DNA from: a virus
Taxonomy: Duplodnaviria; Caudoviricetes
Virus record (IMG/VR): IMGVR_UViG_3300025154_001556
Direction: 5' to 3' (one strand)
Length of the DNA: 64,000 bases
The notes beneath the pieces were generated by a model. That model worked only from the letters and a program-made list of their open reading frames with translations, was not told the DNA's origin and did not search any database. Position numbers and translations under genes: made by a program. This document shows positions 8,861 through 18,965 of the stretch, piece by piece. Each line of letters begins with the position of its first letter. The stretch's first letter is position 1.

Positions 8861-10006
8861 TTAATTTGCATATGTAATAAAACCTGATGTGAAGTTAGCA
8901 CAACCTATGCTCTTCCAGTTTGTTCTAGAACTAATTTGGGTGGGAGTAGGCTTATCTACTATGTCACCCAAAGCTAGTGTTCCAGTCGTATTATAACCCC
9001 AGCCCCATAGTGTACCATCAGTTCTAATTGCTAATACATGGCTATAACCTAAGGCCACCGTTTTCCAGTCTGTCATAGCGCCCACTTGTATAGGAGATGA
9101 TTTATCCTCAAAAGTACCGATACCTAAATTACCACGAAGATTTCGTCCCCAAGACCACAAGCTACCATCAGTTTTAATTGCAACCGTAAAATTGAAACCA
9201 CCCAATACCGATTTCCAATCAGTAAGTGACCCAAGTTGCACAGGTGAACTTGTTGGTGTTGTTGTACCATCTCCAAGCTGTCCTAAGGCGTTATCACCCC
9301 ATAGCCAAAGGGAACCATCATTTTTAATTGCCATGGTAGCGTAGTACCCACAATTTATCAATGCCCAATCTGTGTCAGAGCCAACTTGAATTGGGGATGA
9401 TTTAGACACAACCGTCCCATCACCTAATTGACCGCTATCATTAAAACCCCAAGTCCAAATAGTTCCATCTGTTTTAAGGGCCGCAGTATGGTATGTACCA
9501 CAGGAAATATGCTGCCAATTAGTGAGAGATCCTACTTGTATTGGAGATGATGTATTAACTATGCTATTGTTACCAAGTTGGCCATAACCATTATAACCCC
9601 AAGCCCATAGTGAGTTATCTTCTTTTATAGCCGCTAGATGGACACGCCCGCTAGCCAGTGTATGCCAATCAGTAAGATTTCCTACTTGTATTGGGGATGA
9701 TTTATCTACCAAAGTGCTATCCCCTAATTGACCGTAATGGTTTCTACCCCATGACCACAAGGTACCATCAGCTTTAATTGCAGAAAATTGTCTGTAACCG
9801 CCTGCAATTAGTTTCCAATTATTAAAACCACCCACTTGAATTGGAGATGATTTGTGTACTTGTGTGCTATCGCCTATGGCGCCGAATTCGTTATCACCGG
9901 ATGTAAATAAATTACCAAAGTCAAATAAATCTCTCCGGGTGAACAAGTCATTAAAATCTACTACCTGATCATTATAAGTAAATTTATAGCCTGTTGGATT
10001 TGACAT
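8861..10006 (-). CDS. RCC1-repeat beta-propeller protein (putative tail adhesin)
   Basis: About 7 repeats of about 52 aa: AIKxDGTLWxWGxNxxGQLGDxTxxxKSSPIQVG. Confidence 0.88.
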   Translation of the reverse strand: MSNPTGYKFTYNDQVVDFNDLFTRRDLFDFGNLFTSGDNEFGAIGDSTQVHKSSPIQVGGFNNWKLIAGGYRQFSAIKADGTLWSWGRNHYGQLGDSTLVDKSSPIQVGNLTDWHTLASGRVHLAAIKEDNSLWAWGYNGYGQLGNNSIVNTSSPIQVGSLTNWQHISCGTYHTAALKTDGTIWTWGFNDSGQLGDGTVVSKSSPIQVGSDTDWALINCGYYATMAIKNDGSLWLWGDNALGQLGDGTTTPTSSPVQLGSLTDWKSVLGGFNFTVAIKTDGSLWSWGRNLRGNLGIGTFEDKSSPIQVGAMTDWKTVALGYSHVLAIRTDGTLWGWGYNTTGTLALGDIVDKPTPTQISSRTNWKSIGCANFTSGFITYAN

Positions 10007-10014
10007 TTTATCTC

Positions 10015-11193
10015 CTAATAATTTAAATCTGTTATAGCTATTACGCTGGTATTACATCCGAAAATGTTTTTCCAATTATTTAGACCCCCGACTTGGATTG
10101 GAGATGACTTATGTACATTTGTGTTGTCCCCAAGTTGCCCATCGGTATTAAAGCCCCAAGTCCAAATAGTGCCGTCCGTTTTTAAAGCTGTGGTATAACT
10201 ATATCCACAAGATACTTTTTTCCAATTACTAAGGGAGCCTACTTGTACTGGTGAAGAGTAGTTTGCTGTAAGCACAGAACCCAAACCCAGCTGTCCGTAG
10301 TTATTAGCACCCCAAGTCCACAAGGTACCATCGGTTTTTATGGCTGCTGCATGATATTGCCCCGCCTCACAGCTAGCCCAGTCGGTCGAGGAGCCTATCT
10401 GTACCGGTGATGATTTACCCACACTAGTAGCATCTCCAAGTTGGCCACCATTATTATAGCCCCAGGACCATAAGGTACCATCCAATTTTAAAGCAAGGGT
10501 ATATAATTGGCCACAAGAAACTTGCTTCCAATCAGTTAAACTCCCTACCTGAATTGGAGAGGATTTACTATCCAAAGTCCCATCCGCTAACTGGCCGTCT
10601 GTATTACTTCCCCACATCCAGAGTGCGCCGCTCGAATTTATAGCTGCGCCATGCCCACCCCCACTGGCTATCGATATCCAATTAGTAAGCGCCCCTATCT
10701 GAATTGGGGATGATTTAGAAATAGTTGTACCATCTGCAAGTTGTCCGACAGTATTAGATCCGCCGATAGACCATATGGTGCCATCAGTTTTTAAAGCTAA
10801 CATAAAAATATGCCCAGAAGCAACACTTGCCCAATCCGTAAGAGCCCCAATTTGTTGCGGAGATATGGATCTTGTGGTTGTACCATCACCCAACTGTCCG
10901 TATACATTGTTGCCCCAAGTCCACAAAGTGTTGTCATTCTTAGTGGCTATCATTTGCTGCCACCCACCAGCAATGTTTTTCCAATCTACCAAGGAACCGA
11001 GTTGTATTGGTGAAGATTTACCAATTAAAGTACTGTCACCTAATTGCCCACTAGCATTTTGTCCCCAAGTCCATATACTAGCCCTTTTTGAGGACGGTAC
11101 TAATTGTGGGTAAACACGTAACAAATAATCTTTTGTGACAAAGTTACCGCAGTCAGAACCATCTGCTCTTTTATAGTTGGTCGTTATTGTCAT
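10015..11193 (-). CDS. RCC1-repeat beta-propeller protein
   Basis: Same repeat unit, different N-terminal leader. Confidence 0.88.
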   Translation of the reverse strand: MTITTNYKRADGSDCGNFVTKDYLLRVYPQLVPSSKRASIWTWGQNASGQLGDSTLIGKSSPIQLGSLVDWKNIAGGWQQMIATKNDNTLWTWGNNVYGQLGDGTTTRSISPQQIGALTDWASVASGHIFMLALKTDGTIWSIGGSNTVGQLADGTTISKSSPIQIGALTNWISIASGGGHGAAINSSGALWMWGSNTDGQLADGTLDSKSSPIQVGSLTDWKQVSCGQLYTLALKLDGTLWSWGYNNGGQLGDATSVGKSSPVQIGSSTDWASCEAGQYHAAAIKTDGTLWTWGANNYGQLGLGSVLTANYSSPVQVGSLSNWKKVSCGYSYTTALKTDGTIWTWGFNTDGQLGDNTNVHKSSPIQVGGLNNWKNIFGCNTSVIAITDLNY

Positions 11194-11208
11194 CTTTACA
11201 CCTCGGTA

Positions 11209-11841
11209 TTATAGTAGTACATCAAGAGAATCATCTATTGCAGTAAGAGTATTTAAATCAACCGCGTTATTTATTGATGTAACTATGCCAGATTCCCATT
11301 CAAATTGCGCTTGTATATGTGCTAATACAGCAGATACCAGAACTTGTAGATCTGCAAGAGATAATACAAGCCATGTATTACCAAACTTCCAATTAACACC
11401 AGCAACACCAAGTAGTAATGCCTGTGAGTACATATTGCGTGTCTCCCTATCAGTTGCAACTCCTATTTCTTGGTCTTGAAGTGTGATTTTTGTACCGCTA
11501 ACCTCTTTCTGCCAACGAAGATTAGCCACTTTTGCTTTAAGTTCATTACGTACAGCTTCAATAGGTCTATCTACAACGGTGTAGCTGGCGATAGCCTTAT
11601 CCGCTTGTATCGTCCAATTAGGCCCGGCTAGTTGCTGAATCCTGTGGTCATAATTTACAGCAGTAAATTCAACAGGAAGTATCTTTACAGTATCACTAAC
11701 TGAGTATGCTGCTGAATCTTCCGTAATAGTTGGAAGTGTAAAATTTAAACCTAGCTCATCTGTTAAAACAGATTGAAACATATTCTGGTTCCACCAGGTA
11801 GGCCCTAATATCACTTTATTATTAGATACTAATACTTTCAT
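11209..11841 (-). CDS. DUF4376-like tail fibre assembly protein
   Basis: LKAKVANLRWQKEVSG...TDRETR...WK...W..L..ADL.......HIQAQF.WE. Confidence 0.7.
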   Translation of the reverse strand: MKVLVSNNKVILGPTWWNQNMFQSVLTDELGLNFTLPTITEDSAAYSVSDTVKILPVEFTAVNYDHRIQQLAGPNWTIQADKAIASYTVVDRPIEAVRNELKAKVANLRWQKEVSGTKITLQDQEIGVATDRETRNMYSQALLLGVAGVNWKFGNTWLVLSLADLQVLVSAVLAHIQAQFEWESGIVTSINNAVDLNTLTAIDDSLDVLL

Positions 11842-11854
11842 TTATATCCTCCAT

Positions 11855-12985
11855 TTAGTTTCCGTATGTAACAACAAGAGGTGTTGCTCCACCAGCCACC
11901 TGTTTCCAATTTGTTAATGAGCCTACTTGTATAGGAGAGGACTTATGTACAATTGTGCCATCTCCCAACTGGCCGTAGTTATTAGGGCCCCAAGACCACA
12001 AAGTGCCATCGGTCTTAGTAGCAAAAGAATTGGATGACCAAGCGGAGGTCTGTTTCCAATCAGTTAAACCCCCTACCTGAACAGGGGATGATTTATCAAC
12101 AATAGTACCGTCGCCTATTTGACCGTAGTAGTTTAACCCCCATCCCCAAAGAGTGCCATCTGTCTTAATGGCTAAAACGTGTAACCAACCAGCTGAAAGA
12201 TTTTTCCAATCCGTGAGTGCTCCTATCTGTACCGGGGAGGATTTACGTGTAGTAGTACCATCTCCTAATACACCTACATAAGCATATCCCCAAGCCCACA
12301 AAGTACCATCGGTCTTTATGGCATGGGAAGATAAACTACTACAAGCAACCTCTTTCCAATCGGTTAAAGTTCCAATTTGTATAGGAGATGACTTTCCTAC
12401 CACAGTATCATCACCAAGCTGCCCATAAGTATTTCTACCCCAAGACCATAAAGTACCGTCGGTCTTTATAGCCAAAACGTGTGAATCGTATGTAATTACA
12501 TCTTTCCAATCTGTTAAACTGCCTACTTGTATTGGAGATGATTTAGGGGCAATTGTTCCATCGCCCAACTGACCGTAGCTATTAGCACCCCAAGACCATA
12601 AGGTACCATCAGTTTTTATAGCTAGTGCATTTATAGAACCAACTTTTATAGACAACCAATCTGTTAAACTACCTACCTGTATCGGGGATGATTTAGGCGC
12701 AATTGTTCCATCACCTAGCTGTCCGTTATTATTGTAGCCCCACATCCATAACGTACCGTCAGTTTTGATACCAGCAGAGACATTACCAATAGAACTTACT
12801 TGTTTCCAATTAGTAAGTGCCCCTATCTGAATTGGGGATGATTTAGAAATAGTGGAAGAATCACCCATTTGCCCAAAGTTATTGTAACCCCAAGAAAATA
12901 AAGTATGTCCTACAAATCTATCTATCAGCTCATAATCAGTGAAGAAGAGGTTGTCTAACTCACCTTCTAATGTTCTGAATCCCAT
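11855..12985 (-). CDS. RCC1-repeat beta-propeller protein
   Basis: Same repeat unit. Confidence 0.88.
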   Translation of the reverse strand: MGFRTLEGELDNLFFTDYELIDRFVGHTLFSWGYNNFGQMGDSSTISKSSPIQIGALTNWKQVSSIGNVSAGIKTDGTLWMWGYNNNGQLGDGTIAPKSSPIQVGSLTDWLSIKVGSINALAIKTDGTLWSWGANSYGQLGDGTIAPKSSPIQVGSLTDWKDVITYDSHVLAIKTDGTLWSWGRNTYGQLGDDTVVGKSSPIQIGTLTDWKEVACSSLSSHAIKTDGTLWAWGYAYVGVLGDGTTTRKSSPVQIGALTDWKNLSAGWLHVLAIKTDGTLWGWGLNYYGQIGDGTIVDKSSPVQVGGLTDWKQTSAWSSNSFATKTDGTLWSWGPNNYGQLGDGTIVHKSSPIQVGSLTNWKQVAGGATPLVVTYGN

Positions 12986-13456
12986 TTATTTATCCTCCAA
13001 TATTTCTAGCCTCTCTCTAAGCTCTTTTATGGCCTCTACCAATATACCTATTGTAGCAATATAGTTGACAGCTTTCATGTTATGTTTATCGGTAACCACA
13101 AGCTCGGGCATTGTAATCTCCACCTCTTGTGCTATAAAACCATAAGATTTTTTACCGGTAGAGATCCAATCAAATGAACAGCCTTCTAAATTATTTAACA
13201 TATCTAAAGCACCATATATTGGCTGTATGTTTGTTTTTAGTCTTTCATCGGAAGATGTTACAAAACCTACGGAAATAAAATTACCTGTGTAAGGATTATA
13301 AGATAATTTATTTGAAGACACCCCTGCGGCACTCATAGTACCGGATATTGTGCTCGTAAACATTGGATAATAAGCGGCATCAGTGGTAATGTCTGATACA
13401 GATATTTCTCCACCAGCTCCACCACCTGTACTTACGTAATCAGAATAATTTGACAT
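12986..13456 (-). CDS. Short tail-fibre protein with peptidase S74 intramolecular chaperone
   Basis: SDERLKTNI..I..AL..L..L.G..F.W, GFIAQEVE..MPELV, VNY......LVEAIKEL. Confidence 0.85.
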   Translation of the reverse strand: MSNYSDYVSTGGGAGGEISVSDITTDAAYYPMFTSTISGTMSAAGVSSNKLSYNPYTGNFISVGFVTSSDERLKTNIQPIYGALDMLNNLEGCSFDWISTGKKSYGFIAQEVEITMPELVVTDKHNMKAVNYIATIGILVEAIKELRERLEILEDK

Positions 13457-13467
13457 TTACATCCTCC

Positions 13468-14220
13468 TTATTGTACTATACTTAGGATATTAGGTTTATC
13501 TCTTGTTACCTCAATCGTATGCTCAAAGTGAGCAGAGTATTTTCCTGAAGCGGTAGATATTGTCCAACCATTGGCTTCTCTAAACACCCTACAATCAGGG
13601 CCTTCTATAAGCATGGGCTCTATGGCTAATACCATACCTGCTTTTAATATAGCACCCTTATTTTTTTTACCATAGTTTGGTATTTGAGGTCTTTCATGCA
13701 AATCTTTGCCCACAGCATGACCAACAAATTCGCGTACAACTGAATAACCATTGCTTTCGGCGTGTGTTTGTATGGCATTTGATATATCCCCTATACGATT
13801 ACCGCTGACAGCTTTTTCAATACCTTTATATAAACATTCTTTGGTTGTATCTATTAGCTGTTGATTTTGCTTCGTTACATTTCCTATTGGCAGTGTAATA
13901 GCGGCGTCACCATAAAAATAATCTTTACATATACCAAAATCTATACTAAGTACATCACCATCACGTAATGTAGTATTAGAAGGAAAACCATGTACTACTT
14001 GATTATTAATGGAAGCACATATCGCATACGGGTAACCTTTATAATTTTTAAAGCCTGCTATGGCTTTATGGGATACAGCTAACTCATTGGCTACTTGTTC
14101 TAAATATTGAGTAGTTACACCAGGAACGGCTAAAACTTTCAAATTACTAAGAAAAGTAGCTACTATTTTACAGCTGGTTTTTATTTTTTCTATCTGTGAG
14201 GGTGTTTTTAATATCATCAT
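13468..14220 (-). CDS. map: Methionine aminopeptidase, type I
   Basis: SINNQVVHGFP, GDVLSIDFG, GDAAIT, FVGHAVG..LHE.P, LAIEPM, SAHFEHT. Confidence 0.95.
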   Translation of the reverse strand: MMILKTPSQIEKIKTSCKIVATFLSNLKVLAVPGVTTQYLEQVANELAVSHKAIAGFKNYKGYPYAICASINNQVVHGFPSNTTLRDGDVLSIDFGICKDYFYGDAAITLPIGNVTKQNQQLIDTTKECLYKGIEKAVSGNRIGDISNAIQTHAESNGYSVVREFVGHAVGKDLHERPQIPNYGKKNKGAILKAGMVLAIEPMLIEGPDCRVFREANGWTISTASGKYSAHFEHTIEVTRDKPNILSIVQ

Positions 14221-14276
14221 GATGAATAGCCAAGCATTAGTTATATCTCCTTAAATACATTTGAACTAAAATAGAA

Positions 14277-14305
14277 AATAAGGGCAACAAAATGTTGCCC
14301 TTATT
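14277..14305 (-). terminator. Terminator-like hairpin after the structural gene
   Basis: aataagggcaaca-aaa-tgttgcccttatt, 13-bp stem. Confidence 0.75.
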
Positions 14306-14326
14306 CATCGCTTATTCAATCATGTA

Positions 14327-15589
14327 TTACTCTATAATTCTCCAACCGTAAGTATCATTATAGTAAATTAACTCAAACGAAGCATCATCTACATCTATTA
14401 TTAAATCCTGATCAAGCCCCATAATTAATTTACCATTCCTGCTAATTGTTACATTTACTGTACCACAATTACCGCCTCCATCAAAAATAGATACAGGTAC
14501 ACCAAACACTGGGTTTGGTGGCAATGAAATGGTATAGGCAGAAACTGCTTGGGTATTTACCACTATTCTATCATAAGGTAAAGCCGTATAGTTAGCTAGT
14601 TTTTCAACCCAAACTTTAAGACCGCCAGATGCGGCATAAGATGAATTCCATTCTATATTGACCCAATCATCTGTGTATGTATCAAAAGCAGGTGTAACTT
14701 GTAGTACGCCCGCGGCCACAGCAGCTGTGTAATAGTCTGCCGAGTTTTTAAATTTGACACCATTGTAGTACACTTCAAGATCGGCGGGTACAGTAGTAAA
14801 GTTACCATCATACTCCCACACACCACCATTATAAACCATATCAGCACTAGCGTGCTGAATATTTGCAGCACCACTGATTGTAACTATTTTACCGACACTA
14901 TCAACTGTAACGTTAAGACCACCAGATGCTTGGAAAGTTAATGTATCCCCAGAGCTTGATGCTTCAGCGGTATTGACGCCATCAGTCATGTATAGAAAAG
15001 ATTTACCACCACCAGAAACCGTGGTGTCAATCTTATCCGATAAAAATTCACCTGTGTATTTATAAATCTCGCCCCAAAGAGGGCCTGTGTAACCTAAACC
15101 AGTTGGATCAGCATCAAAGTAAACTGTACCAGCTGACGCATCGTACTCCCAGTTAAAAGCAGTCTCTGATGCTAAAATTTCAGAGGCATAATTAGGAGCT
15201 GTACCAGCACCATTATCAGCAAACACGCGAAGTTTGTACTGAGTTTCCGCGTAACGCATCCACATATCTATACGGATAGCGCCTCTTGCTGAATGGCCTG
15301 TTTCAATACAGTCACTTTCGTAACCTATCCAAGCCTTATTACCATTTACAGTAGGATCTGCTGTAAGTTTTATTGTGTGTTTTTCAACTAAACCAGCTGT
15401 GATGCCGCTAGCTACCAACGGACCGTAAGTAGCAACCACATCTATGGCTGGAATTTGATTAGCGAGTATCTGATGAGGGTTCTTTAAAGCAAATGATTCG
15501 TTAGACGCACCTTTGGCGGTTGACGTGAACCCTACATTACTCAGATGCTTGCTTTGAATACTTTCTCTATAAGTATCTGAAAAAGCCAT
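14327..15589 (-). CDS. Virion structural / tail-associated protein
   Basis: Beta-rich, G/T/S-rich; C-terminal LPxNP..G..V.I.D.......NVTI.RNG..I.G....L.IDVD..SF.LIY....GW module typical of large-phage fibre proteins. Confidence 0.6.
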   Translation of the reverse strand: MAFSDTYRESIQSKHLSNVGFTSTAKGASNESFALKNPHQILANQIPAIDVVATYGPLVASGITAGLVEKHTIKLTADPTVNGNKAWIGYESDCIETGHSARGAIRIDMWMRYAETQYKLRVFADNGAGTAPNYASEILASETAFNWEYDASAGTVYFDADPTGLGYTGPLWGEIYKYTGEFLSDKIDTTVSGGGKSFLYMTDGVNTAEASSSGDTLTFQASGGLNVTVDSVGKIVTISGAANIQHASADMVYNGGVWEYDGNFTTVPADLEVYYNGVKFKNSADYYTAAVAAGVLQVTPAFDTYTDDWVNIEWNSSYAASGGLKVWVEKLANYTALPYDRIVVNTQAVSAYTISLPPNPVFGVPVSIFDGGGNCGTVNVTISRNGKLIMGLDQDLIIDVDDASFELIYYNDTYGWRIIE

Positions 15590-15601
15590 AATTAATCTCC
15601 T

Positions 15602-17593
15602 TTATAATGTAGGATTAAAAGTAATCTGAGTCAATGCCGTAGGATTACCATTAGCAAATTTAATACGCATAACGATCCTATTACCAAAACTGGAAGAACT
15701 CGTGGTACCAAAGCTAAAGGCCACAGTACTTCCAGAAGAACCTGCACCTAAACAACCATTGCCGGCGTATGTCTGCTGATCAACAGCTAAATCCTGCCAA
15801 ACTGCAGTATTTCCATTACCATAGTCAGAACAATTGGGTAGACGCAGATGAACTTCTACATCAGCTCCCTGGATTGTAGTCAATGCGTTAGACCAACCAG
15901 AGAATGTAATTGTGCCTTGATTGAAAGCACCAGTAGCAATAAAAATTCTGTAATAATAACAATCACCAGATACCGCAGAGTAGTTAGGTCCGGCTGGCAA
16001 GAATAGAGAATGGTTAATGGATGGATAGTCTAATGTACCATTATAAGTCTCTAAATGTCCACCGGCACTTCTATCTGTGGCTTCTACCCAAGCACTGTCT
16101 GTTGATGGAGTATCGCCCAAAGTGATGTCAGTAAAATCTTCTGTACCAACATAACGTTTGTCTTCATCATCAAAATACTCGATAGTGTTTGTACTTGTAA
16201 CTCCGTAAGTATCTACTCTAAATGTGCCAGCAGCAGAACTAGCTGATGTGGCACTAGCAAATACATTCCAATAGGTGGCGGTAGCACGTGCATCTAAATC
16301 TCTAAAATTACCTGCTCCTACCGTTATTGAAGAGTTATAAGTACCTATTGTATCCGTTATAGCCAAAGGCTCCGTTAAACCCAAATTGGTAAGTGTGGGT
16401 GTCTGGTTTGCCGCATTAAATTCACTAAGATTAAGTCTAAGAGGACTTGAAACATATCCTCTATCAAATAAATCCTCAGTATCTGTAACACTGATATTAA
16501 ATGTTGATCCGGTATTGTAATAGGGTACACCACTTAAATACTTATTTGATGGTGTATTTTCTGTTACTGTTGGTGCCGGGGCAGCTATGCCCTGGTCAGT
16601 AGTATCAACCCAAAAACTGGCATAAGTATAAGAAGCCGACCCGCCGACGGTGTGTTGAATTACTATTTGTCCTACATAACCAACGGCTAGTGTGAGTGTC
16701 GCACTCATACTGGCTATTTGATAGGGAGGCCAAAAACCAGCGTAGCCATCAACAGTAGTGTTCATACAACGTCTGTTTGTAAGGTTAATTATATTTGTAC
16801 CGACATTTGTAGCTGTGTGATTAGGATTCGATCCCACATCTGCTTCGGTTTCTTCTAAAACACAACCATCGGCCGCAAAAGCTGCAGCTAGATCCAATGT
16901 ACCAACAATAGTGCCGTCTTTAACTACTTGAAGGGTACCAGTATCTGCTGGGTAAAAACCCCCTGCTATACTAATAACCATGGTATTATCGTCAGTAAAT
17001 CTTACTGTAGTTCCAGCTGTTACTGTGGCCGTATTATCAGTATACTCTTCACTAGGTGCACCACTACTAACTTTTGCCGTTTGATCTATATCATCTATGG
17101 TAAAAGTAGCTGTACCTGGTCTTATAGCATACTGTGAGGTTTCTCCAACATAATTAGGCCTCTTGGGAATTAAAAAAGCCATATTCCGAAGGTCTGTGTT
17201 AGGAGTGTCATTCCAATTATCTTCGCCAACAACCAAATTCATCATTCTACGAAGATAGTTCAAGTCATCCTCTAAATTTTCATGATTGTGTCTTCTACCG
17301 GAAACACTGGCTACCGTAGCACTTGGGGTTGGGCTTACTGTGGCGTTGGTACCAGATACCGCAGTAATCTCATAAACACCGGCCGCATCGCCGGAGTCAA
17401 TAACCAAGTAGTTACCTACCTCATTTCCTGTAAAAGAAGATACATCCGCAATTGTAGGCGAACCTGATGTAACTGTAAAGGTGGCTGTAGCATAATCACG
17501 ACCACACTGCTCAGCGTACTGCTGAAGCATTGCATCATAAAATGTACGAGTACCTCTAATTTTGTCAAACTGTTCCATTAGGCTGCGTGACAT
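15602..17593 (-). CDS. Virion structural protein (663 aa)
   Basis: T/G/S/A-rich, low charge, in the tail cluster. Confidence 0.55.
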   Translation of the reverse strand: MSRSLMEQFDKIRGTRTFYDAMLQQYAEQCGRDYATATFTVTSGSPTIADVSSFTGNEVGNYLVIDSGDAAGVYEITAVSGTNATVSPTPSATVASVSGRRHNHENLEDDLNYLRRMMNLVVGEDNWNDTPNTDLRNMAFLIPKRPNYVGETSQYAIRPGTATFTIDDIDQTAKVSSGAPSEEYTDNTATVTAGTTVRFTDDNTMVISIAGGFYPADTGTLQVVKDGTIVGTLDLAAAFAADGCVLEETEADVGSNPNHTATNVGTNIINLTNRRCMNTTVDGYAGFWPPYQIASMSATLTLAVGYVGQIVIQHTVGGSASYTYASFWVDTTDQGIAAPAPTVTENTPSNKYLSGVPYYNTGSTFNISVTDTEDLFDRGYVSSPLRLNLSEFNAANQTPTLTNLGLTEPLAITDTIGTYNSSITVGAGNFRDLDARATATYWNVFASATSASSAAGTFRVDTYGVTSTNTIEYFDDEDKRYVGTEDFTDITLGDTPSTDSAWVEATDRSAGGHLETYNGTLDYPSINHSLFLPAGPNYSAVSGDCYYYRIFIATGAFNQGTITFSGWSNALTTIQGADVEVHLRLPNCSDYGNGNTAVWQDLAVDQQTYAGNGCLGAGSSGSTVAFSFGTTSSSSFGNRIVMRIKFANGNPTALTQITFNPTL

Positions 17594-17816
17594 TATTAAT
17601 CTCCTTATTAAATTATTAACGCGTTAAAAAACTAAAAACTTGTAACTAGAAAAACATTAACTCCATGACATCGTGCCCGGATGTCGATAAATAAAGATAA
17701 ACCTAATATTAGTAGGAATATTAGACTTAACTTTATTACTCTATATATAGATAGGTTACTTAATTACTAATGCAATAAAAAACCCCACTTAATAATTAAA
17801 TTAAGCAGGGTTTATG

Positions 17817-18215
17817 CTAAACTCTTGTGAGCACACAGCCGGTATCGTCTACTCTAAATGTTTCAAAATAAACCTTGCCTGCTTTTACTAAGTCCCTTAC
17901 ATTTTTTTGTGACTTACTTAGCTTAGATTTACCTGTTTTGATTTCAATAAAAACAATTTCATTATCGTTAATAAGTATACCATCTATCTCCCTCCCAATA
18001 AAAATAAAATCTTCAGGGGCATATGGCCAAGCATCAGTAAAAGGGGCTAAGTTTTCTCCTATTTTGCCTAGACGCACCTCAGAACTTTTCTTTTGTCCCA
18101 ATAGGATGTCGTATTTATTACGCCAATCTTTTACTTCTTTTTTGGCGTCTAAAAAATTTTTTAAGCTTACTATAATTACAAACACACAAACAATAATTGT
18201 TGCTAAATCTGGCAT
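17817..18215 (-). CDS. Holliday-junction-resolvase-like PD-(D/E)XK endonuclease with N-terminal TM
   Basis: SSEVRLGKIGENLAPF, FIGREIDGI, IVFIEIKTG.S.LSK.Q..VR..V..G.V. Confidence 0.78.
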   Translation of the reverse strand: MPDLATIIVCVFVIIVSLKNFLDAKKEVKDWRNKYDILLGQKKSSEVRLGKIGENLAPFTDAWPYAPEDFIFIGREIDGILINDNEIVFIEIKTGKSKLSKSQKNVRDLVKAGKVYFETFRVDDTGCVLTRV

Positions 18216-18216
18216 A

Positions 18217-18963
18217 TTAGTCTTTAATCTCCTCTATGGCTGAGGCGTAATCCACACGCTTTTGATAAACACCTTCAAGTTCTTTGGCCAGAGCGGCCCT
18301 TATTTTCTTTAAGTTACCTAGTTTGGTGTTTACATCATCAAACTGTCCGTTATCAAGCAAACCATTTATGGTTTGTTCTAATACGGCGGCAGGATCAAAA
18401 TTACCAGATTGAACTAGGGACCTACTAGTGGCCTCTACTCTATCACATATAAGTAACACAGCAGCCTCTATTGACTTAGGTTTACTGCAAGGATATCTAA
18501 AAGAATCTGGATCAGCATCTTTACCTGCCCTTGAATAAAAATAAATAGCTATATCGTTACCATGATGTTGACTTATAACTTCTATAACACTTCTTGGAAA
18601 TTTATGGTCACCAAGCAGTATATTTACTGAGTCAGCAACATGCCTTGTTATAATCTGAGTACTTATCCATGAGTCTAAACTATCATGTGGATTTTCATTG
18701 TCTAATTGGTTTTCTGAAAACATGTTTGGATTAACACATTTACCAATATCATGATAAACAGCACACACCTTCATAAATTGAATATCAAGTCCTAATTCCG
18801 CACTTACCGCTTCTGCCATAGAAGCCACTGATTGGCTATGTTTAAATGTGCCAGGGCACTTAGATTTAAACCATTTAGCCAAAGGGTAAGAAGAATCAAG
18901 TAATTCAGCTAATTCTATTTCTTGTGTTGAGATAGCTGTATTATTACTACTCTCGTCGTTCAT
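18217..18963 (-). CDS. Stand-alone HD/HDIG phosphohydrolase resembling the catalytic domain of PgpH
   Basis: PGTFKHS, YHDIGK, F.ENQ...NPHD, IITRHV, ISQHHG, FRYP..KP.S.EAAVL.ICD.VEA.SRSL, R.DY. Confidence 0.85.
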   Translation of the reverse strand: MNDESSNNTAISTQEIELAELLDSSYPLAKWFKSKCPGTFKHSQSVASMAEAVSAELGLDIQFMKVCAVYHDIGKCVNPNMFSENQLDNENPHDSLDSWISTQIITRHVADSVNILLGDHKFPRSVIEVISQHHGNDIAIYFYSRAGKDADPDSFRYPCSKPKSIEAAVLLICDRVEATSRSLVQSGNFDPAAVLEQTINGLLDNGQFDDVNTKLGNLKKIRAALAKELEGVYQKRVDYASAIEEIKD

Positions 18964-18965
18964 TA

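Noticed and set aside
8861-12985. CRISPR array or DGR suggested by recurring ggagatgattt-type repeats
   Set aside because: The repeats are the coding KSSPIQ unit of RCC1 blades; no unique spacers, cas genes, reverse transcriptase or adenine-specific TR/VR pair are visible.
12983-12988. Readthrough fusion of the S74 gene to the RCC1 gene (stop directly followed by in-frame ATG)
   Set aside because: The stop is TAA, the RCC1 gene has its own GGAGG RBS, and S74 chaperones are C-terminal domains.
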